NCBI GenBank assembly: GCA_951406725.2
Contig: OX597838.1
Location: 7,812,001-7,876,000, forward strand
Source: Octopus vulgaris
Lineage: Eukaryota
DNA length: 64,000 nucleotides
Direction of reading: 5' to 3'
A program made the translations under genes and the position numbers. Below the pieces are notes generated by a model. The model was given only the letters and a program-made list of their open reading frames with translations, did no database searches and was not told where the DNA came from. Within the stretch, counting starts at the first letter, position 1, and the number at the start of each line of letters is the position of its first letter. Below are positions 41,613 to 56,200 of this stretch, one piece after another.

Positions 41613-42745
41613 TGTTTCTTTATTAGCCACACAGGGCTGCACACAGATAGAACAAATTACAAGGTAGAGCTTTTCTTTTGAAGGTTTAAAAAAAAAAAAA
41701 AAAAAAAGAAAGGGAGTTTCGATCAACAGGGATCGTAAAAGGAGAGAACGAGGACAAAAAAAGGGGGGTTAAAAAAAAAGGGGGAGAGGAAAAAAAATTG
41801 ATCAATAGGGATCGTTATCACAGAAATGTCAATATGAAGTGTAAAGGGGAGGACAGGTGAGGTTTACCCGTGGAAAGAAAAGCCTACGGAAAAGACCACG
41901 GTAACCTCGGTCAATGAAGTCACATTTTATATTTCTTTTTTTTTTTTTTTTGCAAATAAGCAACTCTCTGTTTTCGATTTCTGGGTTCATAGGACTATGC
42001 TCAAGGTGGCTTCGTCATTCATACGTGCCATTCTTGCTACATTCACCCATCTTTTTTTAAACATTCGCTAGACAAAACTTGCCTCTCTACTCTCACTTTC
42101 CTTTTCAAGTGGTACTTGAAGAAGTTGATGAGAGATTGACCAGAGAGGAAAGTGTTTGTCTCCAATCCTTTCAGACGCGTCCACCAGATACATTCCTTCG
42201 CCATAGCCACAAGGATGATGAAAATAGCTCTTCCTTCCCGTTTGAAGGAAGGAGGCGTGACAATATTGACGATAGACTCACCTGATAAACCGACTCGTCC
42301 CACACGTGACAGCAGTTGTTCGACATAAGCCCACAGGTCGGAAATTGTTGGACACTGAACGAGTGCGTGCAGAACGGTTTCGTCGCTCTGACCGCATCTC
42401 GGGCAGGTCGGCCCCGTGTTTCTCGAGCCGTGTCTGTAGAGCTTATCCCGAACGGGTAGCGCTTCTCGGTAGCACTGCCAGGCCAGGGATCTCTGGAAGT
42501 TGTCCATGGGCCCTGGCCCGAAAGTCGTCCTGAACAGGCGGGTCAGGTACTCCTCGTCGACGTCCAGGTTCGCCCCGAGCTCGTCGTCGTACCTCCCCTC
42601 CACTAAACCCCTATAGAATGCTTTGGTTGTGTTGAAGTCACTTAAGGTCGACCCAGGACGGCAGAGTTGCTTGAGAGCAACGCGACACTCGCGGTGCCAT
42701 TCGCCCTTCCTCGGCCTCTTTTTGATCCACGACTGCAGTTCGGTC
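41613..42745 (-). mobile_element. 5'-truncated Tx1/L1-clade-like LINE, copy 1
   Basis: ORF2 C-terminus with zinc-binding motif CPRCGQSDETVLHALVQC; 3' UTR ends AATAAAGAAACA-(TATC)n; both ends abut GATA repeats. Confidence 0.85.
42043..42745 (-). pseudogene. LINE ORF2 C-terminal fragment (zf-RVT-like), 1-bp frameshift near the end
   Basis: Same peptide as copy 2 but one A is missing near 42060, giving ...SSECLKKDG* instead of ...SSECFKKRW... Confidence 0.85.
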
Positions 42746-42884
<139 letters not shown>

Positions 42885-43933
42885 TGTTTCTTTATTAGCC
42901 ACACAGGGCTGCACACAGATAGAACAAATTACAAGGTAGAGCTTTTCTTTTGAAGGTTTAAAAAAAAAAAAAAAAAAAAAAAAAAGGAAGGGGGAGTTTC
43001 GATCAAAAGGGATCGTAAAAGGAGAGAAAGAGGACAAAAAAAGGGGGTTAAAAAAAAAAAAGGGGGAGAGGAAAAAAAAAATTGATCAATAGGGATCGTT
43101 ATCACAGAAATGTCAATATGAAGTGTAAAGGGGAGGACAGGTGAGGTTTACCCGTGGAAAGAAAAGCCTACGGAAAAGACCACGGTAACCTCGGTCAATG
43201 AAGTCACATTTTATATTTCTTTTTTTTTTTTTTTTTTTTTGCAAATAAGCAACTCTCTGTTTTCGATTTCTGGGTTCATAGGACTATGCTCAAGGTGGCT
43301 TCGTCATTCATACGTGCCATTCTTGCTACATTCACCCATCTTTTTTTAAAACATTCGCTAGACAAAACTTGCCTCTCTACTCTCACTTTCCTTTTCAAGT
43401 GGTACTTGAAGAAGTTGATGAGAGATTGACCAGAGAGGAAAGTGTTTGTCTCCAATCCTTTCAGACGCGTCCACCAGATACATTCTTTCGCCATAGCCAC
43501 AAGGATGATGAAAATAGCTCTTCCTTCCCGTTTGAAGGAAGGAGGCGTGACAATATTGACGATAGACTCAGCTGATAAACCGACTCGTCCCACACGTGAC
43601 AGCAGTTGTTCGACATAAGCCCACAGGTCGGAAATTGTTGGGCACTGAACGAGTGCGTGCAGAACGGTTTCGTCGCTCTGACCGCATCTCGGGCAGGTCG
43701 GCCCCGTGTTTCTCGAGCCGTGTCTGTAGAGCTTATCCCGAACGGGTAGCGCTTCTCGGTAGCACTGCCAGGCCAGGGATCTCTGGAAGTTGTCCATGGG
43801 CCCTGGCCCGAAGGTCGTCCTGAACAGGCGGGTCAGGTACTCCTCGTCGACGTCCAGGTTCGCCCCGAGCTCGTCGTCGTACCTCCCCTCCACTAAACCC
43901 CTATAGAATGCTTTGGTTGTGTTGAAGTCACTT
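42885..43933 (-). mobile_element. 5'-truncated Tx1/L1-clade-like LINE, copy 2
   Basis: Near-identical to copy 1 with a shorter 5' extent; open frame to stop at 43276. Confidence 0.85.
43276..43932 (-). pseudogene. LINE ORF2 C-terminal fragment (zf-RVT-like), frame intact but 5'-truncated
   Basis: [13 protein letters not shown]...FQRSLAWQCYREALPVRDKL...CPRCGQSDETVLHALVQC...AKECIWWTR; N-terminal part of the listed ORF is microsatellite. Confidence 0.85.
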
Positions 43934-43991
<58 letters not shown>

Positions 43992-43997
43992 CACACG

Positions 43998-44032
<35 letters not shown>

Positions 44033-45441
44033 ATGCCAGACGATGGGCTAGCTGGCTGAAACATCGAAATCACAGTCTATAATACTTTCATTTAAGAAAA
44101 ATATATTTCTACTCTTTGCCATTTTCTGCATAGCAACCCTCTTGGATGGTATAAGGTACCCCACATCCAACCTTGAGCATTATAACGGTAGTGTAAATTA
44201 TGCCTTTAGAAATTCACTTCCATTCTCGATTTGGTACTCTATTCGTACTCAGTGCGTACTCTACAAAGTATGGTGAAACCCATGAGATTAATGTTAAATT
44301 GTTTTTATTATAACTGAACTTAAAAACAAATATGTGTCCGTGTATGTATGTTTGTTTTGTGTGTATGCGAGTGTGTATGTGAGTGTATGTGTATATGTGT
44401 GTGTGTGTTTGCGTCGACACATATATTTATCTATAGACGCATGTATTTCCATCCATCTCTACATACACACAAACCATAACAAAACACAGCCACAGAAATA
44501 TAACGAACGCAGTTAGCTTACTTTCCCTTTGAGATTGTACGCAGGAAATACAACTTCAAACTGAAATATCTCGAAGATTCGGGACATTTTTGAAGATATA
44601 TCTATGTTGCGATTCCCCATCTGCTCCCCTCTTTAATCTTCATAGAAATTAAAGGGCCATTGCAAAATGATCTATTTTTATTTTCTATACTCTTCTAGAA
44701 ATTATTTTATGCTCAGTTTTATTTAATGTGCTTTCATATTATTTCTTTTTTCTTCTGTTCCTTTCGTTGCAATTTATTTTATTCTATTCTATTCTATTCT
44801 ATCTGTTGTTAATAGAGTATAAAATGATTTAGCTGCAAGTCAAGATCGCTATCACATTAATGATAATAATAGGCTGAGCACATCAGTCAGGTTTTTGTTA
44901 AAGACTTGGCTCCTTGGAATCACTTGGAGACTAACGTATTTCAAGAGAAATATCGAGAGGAAGAAATACAGAGATAAATAGAGAGAGAGAGGTTGCGAGA
45001 GACAGCGATACAAAGGAAAAGAGGGATGGTGAGGGAGAGAGAGGGAGAGGGAGAGTTACATGTATAAAGAGAGATATGGAAAGGAGCAACAGCAACGCTA
45101 GAACTATCGTCAGTGCTAAAAACAATATTGGCAGATCAATAAAAGCGAACAGGATTACTTGCAGGGCATGTATGTGTGTGCGTGTGTATGTATATGTATA
45201 TAGATATTTGTCTATATATATATATATATATACATAAATATATACATATGCATGTACGTGTATATATATATATAAGTATATACATGCATATATGAATCAT
45301 ATGTATACGTATATAATTATAAATATGTATACATAAAGTGACACTCATACACAGACATATATGCACACACATACACACGTATACAAAGAGAGATCAAAAT
45401 AAACACGCTTTGTCTAGATATATAAGATACATACACGCATG

Positions 45442-45502
<61 letters not shown>

Positions 45503-45654
45503 ATATGTATGTATGTATATATGTGGATATATACACAGATGCAGAAACCGGAAAATACTCAGATGCACATTCGTGTACATGTATTTAGATTTAGAAATAT
45601 TTACAGAAGATATTTACATTGACCACAAAAAGTATAGACATCTAAAGGGAGAAG

Positions 45655-46077
45655 GCATGATACTTCAGGTCCAACAGCTGTTTCGGGAGTTATAGAATTA
45701 CGTAATAGCTGTGAGATGGTTAAACGGCGCGAGCAAAAATGTCAAGGAGATGCAGCCTGTCGTAGATACATATAAACATAACCGTAACTCCGGCCATCCT
45801 CTTTGGAGTGGTGAGACTGGAAACTAGCAATTCAGAACATAATACGAGAGAATTGAAATGTAGAATGGGTGATGGGGAAGGCAATTAGAAGTAGCTGGAA
45901 GGAACTTGTAAGACGTTCATGGAGGAGGAGACTGTTGAATGCAGAGAAAAGGCAAGAAGGGATAGGAGACGCAGAGCTGCATCTCCTTGACATTTTTGCA
46001 CGCGCCATTTACCCATCTTACAACTATTACGTAATTCTATAACTCCCGAAACAGCTGTCGGACCTGAAGTATCATGC
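45655..46077. repeat. Inverted repeat, arms 45655-45756 / 45976-46077, with GAAACAGCTGTC hammerhead-like 3' half
   Basis: About 100-bp reverse-complementary arms; palindromic ACAGCTGT overlapping the end of GAAA. Confidence 0.85.
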
Positions 46078-46309
46078 ATTGGGAAATGCAAGTAACCAGG
46101 AAAGCGGTAGAAGTGGAAGTGGTGTATGGAGACATAAGTAGGAAAAGGCTGGATAGGTAGTATTATGAAGGTGGCGTTGTTGTTGGGTGTGTTGACAACA
46201 GATGTTATAAATCAGGGATGGGGGAATGGGTGAGGCAATATAGCTGAGAAAGGGAATGAGCGAAGGAAGGCGCGGGTATGGAAATACTTTATTGAGTGCA
46301 ACGGCTAAG

Positions 46310-46715
46310 TTGTGGTGATGACCGCTTTCACTTCATCAGTCGTTATATTCTGCCAATTCTTCATATTTGAGGTGGGCATTGGCCTCTTTTATGTCTCTGA
46401 CCCAATATGCATTCTAATTAAACTCCTTTGGATTACTCTAAATGTTTTTCCAAAAGTTTGCTGCTGGAGAGCAAGTGTTTTCACAATAACGTTGTTTCCC
46501 CCCATTTCCCTGTATAATTCTATTGTGCTCTCCTTGAACAATAAGTCTATGGAGTGCTGAGCGTTTCGCAGTATCTTGCCAGTCGTTTGGTTTTAATTGT
46601 AGTTTTTTGTTTGAGGATTTCAATCTGTATCTCCTTTGTTATCTTGTAAAGGTCATGCTTAGCAATTATTCTTATTAGTTTGTTGAGTTTATTAGTTTTC
46701 CTTCTGCTTCCTTCT
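46310..46715 (-). pseudogene. Degraded R4/Dong-clade LINE fragment (region upstream of RT)
   Basis: Minus frames read EILKQKTTIKTKRLARY and NFWKNI*SNPKEFN*NAYWVRDI, like the R4/Dong LKQK...RL.RY / FW..IW.....N..A.W pattern; next to (TTA)n/(TTG)n. Confidence 0.55.
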
Positions 46716-46757
46716 GTTGTCGTTATTGTTATTGTTATTATTATTATTATTATTATT

Positions 46758-46844
<87 letters not shown>

Positions 46845-46867
46845 ATTATTATTATTATCATTATTAA

Positions 46868-47062
46868 GTTGGTGTGCTAGCAGAATCGTTAGCACCGAGG
46901 GCAGAATGCTTAGCGATATTTCGTCCGACTTTACGTTCTGATTTCAAATTCCGCCGAGGTCGAATTTGCCTTTCACCCTTTCGGGATCTATAAAAATAGG
47001 TACCAGTTGAAAAAAGACTAGGGTCGATGTAATCGGCTCATCCCCTCCCCGAAAATTGCTGC
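46868..47062 (+). mobile_element. SINE family A, diverged
   Basis: GCAGAATCGTTAGCAC...AAATTCCGCCGAGGTCGA...GTACCAG. Confidence 0.85.
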
Positions 47063-47093
47063 ATAATGTGAATCCATTATTATTATTATTATT

Positions 47094-47469
47094 GAGTGAG
47101 AGAGCAGTTCATGCCATCAAAGTGACACTGGGGTAAAATATACGAAGCCCAGTATACCCATCATGACTACCCGTCTGATAAGTGTACACCAGGCACATGC
47201 ATCACAACCATATGTGCGCGACATGGTGATCTCATATCAAGGTAAACAGCGCATAACCTTGCAGGTGGGGCCCAGTTAGAATTTTCTTCAAGTCGAGTTG
47301 CCCATCCCGCTCAAAAGGTCCCTGAATAAGGGTTGTTTAAGGATGTTGAAAGAACCACCCATCTTTCCAGAGGTGAATTATTCAAACCCCAAAGAATCCC
47401 TCTCAACACATGGCTATGATGCTCCCCCACTACTTCTGCTCGTGATCAGAGATGCACATATCGTCAGCA
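47094..47469. mobile_element. Non-coding interspersed repeat inserted in (ATT)n (putative non-autonomous Dong partner)
   Basis: Complex ~375-bp block bounded on both sides by ATT repeats; recognised as a common octopus repeat; mobiliser inferred. Confidence 0.55.
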
Positions 47470-47518
47470 TTATCATTATTATTATTATTATCATTATTAT
47501 TATTATTATTATTATTAT

Positions 47519-47565
<47 letters not shown>

Positions 47566-47616
47566 TCATCATCATCATCATCATCATCATCATTATTATT
47601 ATTTTTTTATTTTTTA

Positions 47617-47665
<49 letters not shown>

Positions 47666-48159
47666 CATTAATATTATTATCATTATCATCATTATTATTA
47701 TTATTATCATTATTACGCCAACAACTATATTTTAATATTTCGCTGTGTCAGCACTAGTAATATTGTTTAGAGTAGATGCCTTTTCTTTACTGCAGACATT
47801 GCAATACAAACTCTAAATGGAATTTTATTACATTTTATACACTTGTAAATAATTTTTTTTCTTTCTTACTCTCTTCTCTTTTACACATTTACTTTTTTTT
47901 TTATACATATTTAATTTTTTATTACAACATTTTCCTCTCTTAATTTAATATGTGTTTGTATTTCTACGTTTTTCTCTAATATCCTAATTGATAAACAGAC
48001 AAATATAATTTGTGCATGATATTTTTCGGTATTTGCACATTAATCTCAATTTAATGTTTTGTTCTGTATTAACATTTTTTATGGGTTTTTGTTTTTCTTC
48101 AATATTATTTATTATGATGATAGTTTTTGTTTGGCTTGCTCAGAACTTTATTGCTATTT

Positions 48160-48174
48160 TTACTATTATCATCA

Positions 48175-48247
<73 letters not shown>

Positions 48248-48249
48248 TA

Positions 48250-48304
<55 letters not shown>

Positions 48305-48306
48305 TA

Positions 48307-48355
<49 letters not shown>

Positions 48356-48357
48356 TA

Positions 48358-48409
<52 letters not shown>

Positions 48410-48411
48410 TA

Positions 48412-48474
<63 letters not shown>

Positions 48475-48486
48475 TTTATTATCATC

Positions 48487-48538
<52 letters not shown>

Positions 48539-48550
48539 TTTATTATCATC

Positions 48551-48616
<66 letters not shown>
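48160..48616. repeat. (TTA)n array with periodic ACTATTATCA interruptions
   Basis: Interruptions near 48243, 48300, 48351 and 48404; ATATTTTATTATCATCAGTA occurs twice. Confidence 0.95.
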
Positions 48617-48968
48617 GTGAAACACATTTGTTTTGTTGTGTGTGTCTACTGCCGTGTTAACATTACTGTTTAGTAGTCGGGTTTCATGTTTTATCAAGAG
48701 TGCAGCTAACTAGCAAAAATTCAATAGGCGAACTTTGCGATCAGTCCTCGGATTTCGGTTTAACACGAACACATGCGCCCAGGCGTACGAACGCACGAAC
48801 GTACACATGTACGATCACATGCGCCTACACCAACACGTGCACGTAAGAACACAAACACACACACACACACACACACTTCCTCTGCGTCTCTGTCTTTATA
48901 ACACACGAACATGACATACAGACAGAGAGACACATAGACAGATAGACAGACAGTTAGATAGATAGATC

Positions 48969-49005
<37 letters not shown>

Positions 49006-49009
49006 GTAT

Positions 49010-49044
<35 letters not shown>

Positions 49045-49045
49045 T

Positions 49046-49110
<65 letters not shown>

Positions 49111-49146
49111 CAAGCAGATATAGATGAAAGTCATATATATGTATGC

Positions 49147-49222
<76 letters not shown>

Positions 49223-50119
49223 ATATATATATATACATATATGTGTGTATATATATATACACACACACATATATATATACATATAGAGAGAGACAGGGAG
49301 AGATAGATATAGACAAAGCGATCGAAATTAATATATATATTTAATACAGACATAGACATGCTGTGAAATAGTATATGTAAGTATATGTGTGTGTGTTTTG
49401 TTATGTATGCGTGTGTGTGTGTGTGTGTGTTTGTTTGCTTGTGTGTGTGTGTGTGTGAGTGTGCGGGTGTAAAGATATATCCTAGTTGTGTGCAAGCATA
49501 CTCTATGATATTAGTACAAATTTTCCAGCGAATGCGTAGACGAGATTCCCTCTAAAGGATATGATATTGCGAAATCTATGCATATTGCGTCCGTCCGGTT
49601 TTTGGTGATTTTTATAAGGAGGCATTTTCTTATACATTCACACGTAAACATGAGCGAACAGATATCGATTAAATTGAAATTTTAATATTCAGGCCAGACA
49701 TACTTATGCCCAAACACTACACGCACTCATGCACACACGTGTAAATACGATACGTTTGTGTTGTGTGTGTGTGTGTGTGAATGATGTGTGCATGCTTCTG
49801 CATATGTATATAAATATATTTGCGTGGAGGGTGTCTATATATTTCGATATATACATATATACATATATATATATAGATGGATATAAAGATACTCAGATAG
49901 ATAAATAGATAAAAATATGAATGGATATATATCTCGTACATATATGTATATGTAAATATACATAAATATATATATTTACATATATATATATATATATATA
50001 CATATATAATATATATTATATATATAATATGTAATATACATACATATATATACACACATATATATATATATATGTATATATACATATGTATATATACATA
50101 TATATATACATATATGTAC

Positions 50120-50439
50120 ATATTTTCTTTAGCACTCATCCCAAATACAAAACACACACACACACGCACACACACATACACACATGTTCTCTCTCTCACT
50201 CTCTCCTCATCCATCACCCTCTTGTACTGTTTTATATTCCCCCCCACCACCACTACAAACTCTATAAAATGGTCAAAACTCCTCACACAGGAACTTAGTT
50301 TGATTTGAAAACCCCACTAGAATGGGAGAAAGCGCTAATGATCTAAGTGATATGATATATATATATATAAAATGTAATATACAAATAAATATCTGTAAAT
50401 ATAAACCATCCGATCTTCTGAGTACCTCATTTCTACTAA

Positions 50440-50442
<3 letters not shown>
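50120..50442 (+). mobile_element. Repeat family H3 with U3-A8 hammerhead-like motif
   Basis: TTGAAAA-CCCCActagaaTGGGA-GAAA-GCGC-TA-ATG at 50305-50340; ends in (TA)n. Confidence 0.7.
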
Positions 50443-50480
<38 letters not shown>

Positions 50481-50585
50481 TGGGTGGAAAGTAACTAGAC
50501 ATTAGACACTGCTTATTGAATTTGTAGTATCATTGAAGTTATGACGATAACTTTTTTTAAAAGGACAACACTAATGAGGATTTCT

Positions 50586-50970
50586 TAACTGGTACATATT
50601 TAATCGACCCCGATAGGATGAAAGGCAAAGTCGACCTGGTGGAATTTGAACTCAAAACGTAACGGCAGACGAAATACCGCTGAGCATTTCGCCCGGCGTG
50701 CTAACGTTTCTGCCAGCACGCCGCCTTTAAAAATATATATTTCTTTACTGACCACAAGGGGCTAAAAACAGAGGGGACAAACAAGGACAGACAAAGGGTT
50801 TAAGTCGATTATATCGACCCCAGTGCGTAGCTGGTACTTAAGTTATCGACCCCGAAAGGATGAAAGGCAAAGTCGACCTCGGTGGTATTTGAACTCAGAA
50901 CGTAACGGCAGATGAAATACCGCTGAGCATTTCGCCCGGCGTGCTAACGTTTCTGCCAGCTAGCCGCCTT
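50586..50970 (-). mobile_element. Two tandem SINE family A copies
   Basis: Reverse-complement heads end at ~50726 and ~50970. Confidence 0.9.
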
Positions 50971-51322
50971 CGGATAAAAAATAATTTTGCAATGATAATT
51001 TTGATTTTGGTTTTGACTTGTTCATTATGTCGATGGTGATGATTGAGCTACAGTTAACGACATTTATAATAGTGTCTTTTGTGGTGATCGTGGTGCTGCT
51101 GCTTCCGGTATAACTAGATCTGCTGGTGTTTAGTTAATAATTTCATTATTATATTGCATAACACTCCTTACAATTTGATTAATCATGATTAATCTCCATG
51201 GAGACAAGTATTTTTAGACAGGACAACAACGACTTAGAAGGAGAAATATATTAAAAAAACAGGGAAGAAGCGATTACAATTATTGTTGTTGTTGCTGTCG
51301 TTGTTATTATTATTACTACTAC

Positions 51323-51443
<121 letters not shown>

Positions 51444-51654
51444 AATAATAATAACAATAATAATAAAGAAATTAATGTTCATATTATTTTTTGCTATTTT
51501 TCTCTTATTTTTGCTTCCTTTTCTTGCCGAGTGTCTTCCCGACACCTTGGGCAAAGAAACTCATTGTACACATCTTTAGGCCATTAAAATAAACACCTCG
51601 GGTTATTCATTTACAAAGTCAAGTTAAGTGATAGTAAAAAGAAGAACAAACAAA

Positions 51655-52158
51655 AATGCTAGTTCTAATATCAGCTCAGATGTACTGACAATATGGCTGT
51701 CCGTTCGAACGGATTCTACTGCGGTTTTTTAAACCCAAAAGGACATCTCTTCTAGCTGGTTAACAATGTACAGCTGCATCCGATAAAATTACGAGCAGGA
51801 GAGCGAACCCCTACCATCTCCTAGCGACGGGACCTGTAGACCAATCCTCGTTACTGGTTATTACTGCCTCTCCTCATTACTGCACATCTCGTCCGCTAGA
51901 GATGATAGCAGTTCTCTTCTGCACGCAATATATATATTTCAAGCCAACACACAGTCGCTGATTTTGCAACAAGCAAAAATGCTAGTTCTAAAACATCTCT
52001 AAGAGATCAACGCTATAGTTGTACTGACAAGAGTAATATTTGTAGCCACTTTAGCATGGCTGTCCGTTCGAGCGGACTCTACTGCGATTTTTTAACCCCA
52101 AGAGGACATCTCTTCTACTAAGCGATGCACAGCTGGCATCCGATATAATTGCGAGCAA
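51655..52158. repeat. Diverged direct repeat pair (~51655-51797 and ~51976-52158)
   Basis: AAAATGCTAGTTCTAA...ATGGCTGTCCGTTCGA.CGGA.TCTACTGCG...GGACATCTCTTCTA...GCATCCGATA occurs twice. Confidence 0.8.
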
Positions 52159-52230
52159 AAATGAAAAAGGAAAACGGGAAAAAAGGAAAACGGGAAAAAG
52201 GAAAAGGGGAAAAAAAGGAAAGACAAAACA

Positions 52231-52304
<74 letters not shown>

Positions 52305-52321
52305 TATCGTTATTATTATTT

Positions 52322-52500
52322 AGGGGACGAGCTGGCAGAATTATTAATGTGATGGACGAAATGCTTAGCGGTATTTCGCCCGATGCTACGTTCTGAGTTC
52401 AAATTCCGCCGAGGTCTACTCTACCTTACCTCTTTTCGGGGTCGGTAAGTTAAGAGCCAGATGAACACTGGGATCGATGTAATCGACTATCCCCCTCTCC
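52322..52500 (+). mobile_element. SINE family A, diverged
   Basis: CGAGCTGGCAGAA...GAGTTCAAATTCCGCCGAGGTC. Confidence 0.85.
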
Positions 52501-52532
52501 CGACATGGCTGCCATTGTGGAAAAAATTGAAA

Positions 52533-52582
<50 letters not shown>

Positions 52583-54362
52583 CATTGTGAAGGAAATTTT
52601 GCACTAATGCATTTCTGCATGTGCATTTAGAATGCATTTATTGTCACGCACAGATATGTAGCTGGATGTGCGTTCCAGCGCACACGTGCGTGCAATTTCG
52701 TAAGCGAGGGAGAATGTTTTCGTCTCCCAGTATAAAATGACTTTGTATATTTGTTCGTACATGTGTGTGTGACTTTGTCTGTGTATGTTTGGGCGTGTGC
52801 ATGCCAGTGTGTATGTGTGTGTGTGTGTGTGTGGCTTGTGTGTTTGTGCTATGTTTATGTGCTTCTATCTATATACCGTAGCTCCAATATGCAATTACAT
52901 AGCTTTTAAAATGAACGCCGTCTCAAAGCTTCAGTGGAAAACGTTTTAATTTCGTTAAGTGTGTATCATTGCAACGATTATAAATGGAAGGAAATGAATA
53001 GTAAATAAATAAGAAATATAAAAATACAGATAAAACATATAGTCTTTCTGTTTTTTTTGTTCCAAAAAAGCATCAGCGAAAAAAAAATTAAAACATTGAA
53101 TAGAAAGAATTTTAAACAAAAATCGACAACATGAATCAAGTTTACAAAATCAATAAAAATCGAGAGAAGCTACAACAGCAACAAAGTCAACGAAATTCCA
53201 ATAGAAAGCTGCGGAAGTACGCTAAAAAATATATCATGAAACCGGAAAAAAATATATAAAAAAAATAAAGAAGAAGCAGCGTAACAAAAACAAACGCCCC
53301 CAAAATCCTGCAAAACTTAAGAAATTACAATAAAATTTGAAAACAAAATTTATAAAAAAAAAATAACAGAAAGAAAAAGCAGTAAGTCATGTAGATAAAA
53401 TTTGAAAGAAAAATAACAAAAAAAAAAAACAGTTCTAAATTCTTGTTTTGTAAAGTGAACTTCGTGAAAATTGAAGAATTTGTTGTTAAATACTTCATTG
53501 TTGGTTTGTTGCAGTTGCTATTGTTGAAGTTATTGTTACTTTTGAATTTTCTGCTTTTCCTGAAGATGTCGTAGTTTCTCTTCTTGTTGTCGTTGTTGGT
53601 ATTTTCTCTTTCGTTGTTTCCTTTGTCGGTGTATATCATCATTGTTATCGCGGATTCCGTCGTTGTTTCATGTTGTTCTCCTTCATCTAATTCTTATTGT
53701 TGTCCTGCTTTTCTGATGATCGTTGTTTCTTTTTGTAATTTCTTGTTACAGTTAGTGTTGTTTGTTTCGCTCGTTTCCGTTGTCTTCGTCGGCATCGTCG
53801 TCGTCGTCATTTTCCACTGAATACCGTAAATGGTGTCGCTGTAATGTTGCATTCTTACTCTCCCCGTCCTTGCTGCTGTTATTTTTAAAATGCCGTTGCT
53901 ATCGAGATACCTTTTCTAAGTGACGCTGACATCCTGTTGGAATCGGTGCCACTGATTCGTTCTTCATAACATCGTTCTCATTGTTGTGTATTAGACATTG
54001 TTTTGTTGTTCCTCGTAATCATTTCGTCACAGGTGTCATACATAATAATAGTTTTGGTGTTGTTGTTGTTGTTGCTGATGTGATCGTTGATTGTTATCTA
54101 TATAAACAAAAATTAACATTTGCATATACACAAGCACACACAAAAACACGCATATACACACACATACACATATATATACATACATATACATATATAGATA
54201 TATAGATATATAATTATAACATATACATGCATAAGTATATATGTATGTGTATATAAATATATATGTGTGTGTGTGCGTATGTATGTATATATGTATGCAT
54301 ACATAATGTCTAACAACTGATGAATACTACCTCTGGATTCCCTCCATTTTTTTTCTTGCCAC

Positions 54363-54436
<74 letters not shown>

Positions 54437-54488
54437 AAAGAGAAAGAGAGAGAGAGAAAGAAAGAAAGAAAGAAAGAGAGGGAGTGTA

Positions 54489-54574
<86 letters not shown>

Positions 54575-54619
54575 TGTGTGTGTGAGTCTGTGTCTGTGTG
54601 TCTGTGTCTGTGTGTCTGT

Positions 54620-54841
54620 GTGTTCCATAAAGAGCGCCGAATTTGAATTGGGCGACACATTTGTGTTTTGAAGTTTGAAGGTATCATTTTACCATGTTTG
54701 CTATCTCTCTTCCCTCCGTTTAATAGCGTTTTGTTTGGGTTTTTTAAGAACAATGTGCAGTGTGTCTTGGAGCGGTTTACAATTGAGCAACACGTTCTCA
54801 TCATCACGAAGACATTTTACCAAAACGGAGAAAGTGCGTAC

Positions 54842-54842
<1 letters not shown>
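54620..54842 (+). mobile_element. Tc1/mariner 5' remnant (terminal repeat plus transposase N-terminal helix-turn-helix start)
   Basis: Reads LERFTIEQHVLIITKTFYQNGESA, like MERYTIEQRV.IV..YY.NG.S (DUF4817-type N-terminus); cut by (TA)n. Confidence 0.6.
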
Positions 54843-54906
<64 letters not shown>

Positions 54907-55020
54907 ATATTTCGGAATGGTCATATTGCCAGTTTAGCCAATAAAAACACACGCACTATATATTTGGTGTTATTTTGCTTCAGTGATATTTATTTTTTAC
55001 ATTAATCTTAATCTTATTTC

Positions 55021-55065
55021 GGCCAAAGTTCTTTCGTCACACTCCTGTGACCGCATCAGTGGTCC
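55021..55065 (-). ncRNA. Hammerhead-ribozyme-like motif (inverted pLTR copy)
   Basis: Exact reverse complement of 56781-56825. Confidence 0.65.
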
Positions 55066-55309
55066 TTTGTTTTCTTCTCACTTACTTGTGTCTCTCCTTA
55101 CTAACCGTCAGCCATTTTGTATTTCTATTGTATGTCTTCATTTGCGCATGCTTATATCTCTATGTGCGTCTATGTTTATTTATTGTGTGTGTGAGGGGGA
55201 TGCCTGTAATATTTGTATCTTCTGGTTATATACATTCTTGTAATTTGTATTTTGTTTTTGTTGTTGTTGCTTTTGTTCTAATTTTGTTCATTCATACTAT
55301 GCAAAACCT

Positions 55310-56200
55310 ATGGCCTCAAAATACCTGATCCACCGGAACTCAGCCATTGCGGGCAATGCCAAATTCAATATTTTGATGGCAGACCTCGTCAGAATAATGA
55401 GAAATGTGTCACGCATGTGCGAGCCTACAGAATTAAAGAGACACATACAGTATTTCATTCACCGCATGCAGTTCTCAGGTTACAGCCATAAAGAAAGGGT
55501 CAGAGTATACAAAGGAGCCATGAAGAAATTTGATAATATATTATGTAATGATAGGAATGGGATTTGCCCACTCTATAGGAACAAGTCATGGAACACTATA
55601 GAAAGGACAAAAAAGAAAATAGGGAAGGCCAACTCTTGGTATGATAGCCATAAATACCAGAATGTCATGTTCGTTGACACCACCCCTGGAGGTGAACTGG
55701 CGTACCGCTTTAGAAGGACCCTAGATAAACTTAAACTAAGAATTAAGGTTGTTGAAAAGCCAGGCAACCCTATCAGATCTATAATTGGTAGAAGCTATCC
55801 CTTTAGTAGAACTCTCTGTACGGATAACTATTGCACTGTATGTAGATTTAGCCCACAAACAAACTGTAAAGCCAGAAATGTGGTCTATAGTATAAGATGT
55901 ATAGAGGGACGATGCAGTAACAAGACAGTAACATACGTAGGGGAAACAGCAAGAAGCATTGGTGAGCGGGTGAATGAACATTGGAGACAACTCAAGGAAG
56001 GTAAAAGCTCATCGATTCTGTACCAACACGCTGAACAAGAACACGGGGGATCAATCAATAACATAGAGATTAAGATATTGTCCACACATAGAACAGATGC
56101 AACAATTAGACAAATTACAGAAGCTACACATATAATAGAAAATAAACCTAGCCTGAATAGAAAACTAGAATGGAGCAATAGCGCACACCACAACATATGA
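55310..56200 (+). CDS. Penelope-like element RT thumb/linker plus C-terminal GIY-YIG endonuclease (296 aa, truncated N-terminally)
   Basis: Upstream in-frame YYAKPMAS thumb motif; PLYR..W...[10 protein letters not shown], Cys-rich linker, NVVYSIRC...[17 protein letters not shown]...H, RQITEA, LNRKLEW. Confidence 0.92.
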   Translation: MASKYLIHRNSAIAGNAKFNILMADLVRIMRNVSRMCEPTELKRHIQYFIHRMQFSGYSHKERVRVYKGAMKKFDNILCNDRNGICPLYRNKSWNTIERTKKKIGKANSWYDSHKYQNVMFVDTTPGGELAYRFRRTLDKLKLRIKVVEKPGNPIRSIIGRSYPFSRTLCTDNYCTVCRFSPQTNCKARNVVYSIRCIEGRCSNKTVTYVGETARSIGERVNEHWRQLKEGKSSSILYQHAEQEHGGSINNIEIKILSTHRTDATIRQITEATHIIENKPSLNRKLEWSNSAHHNI

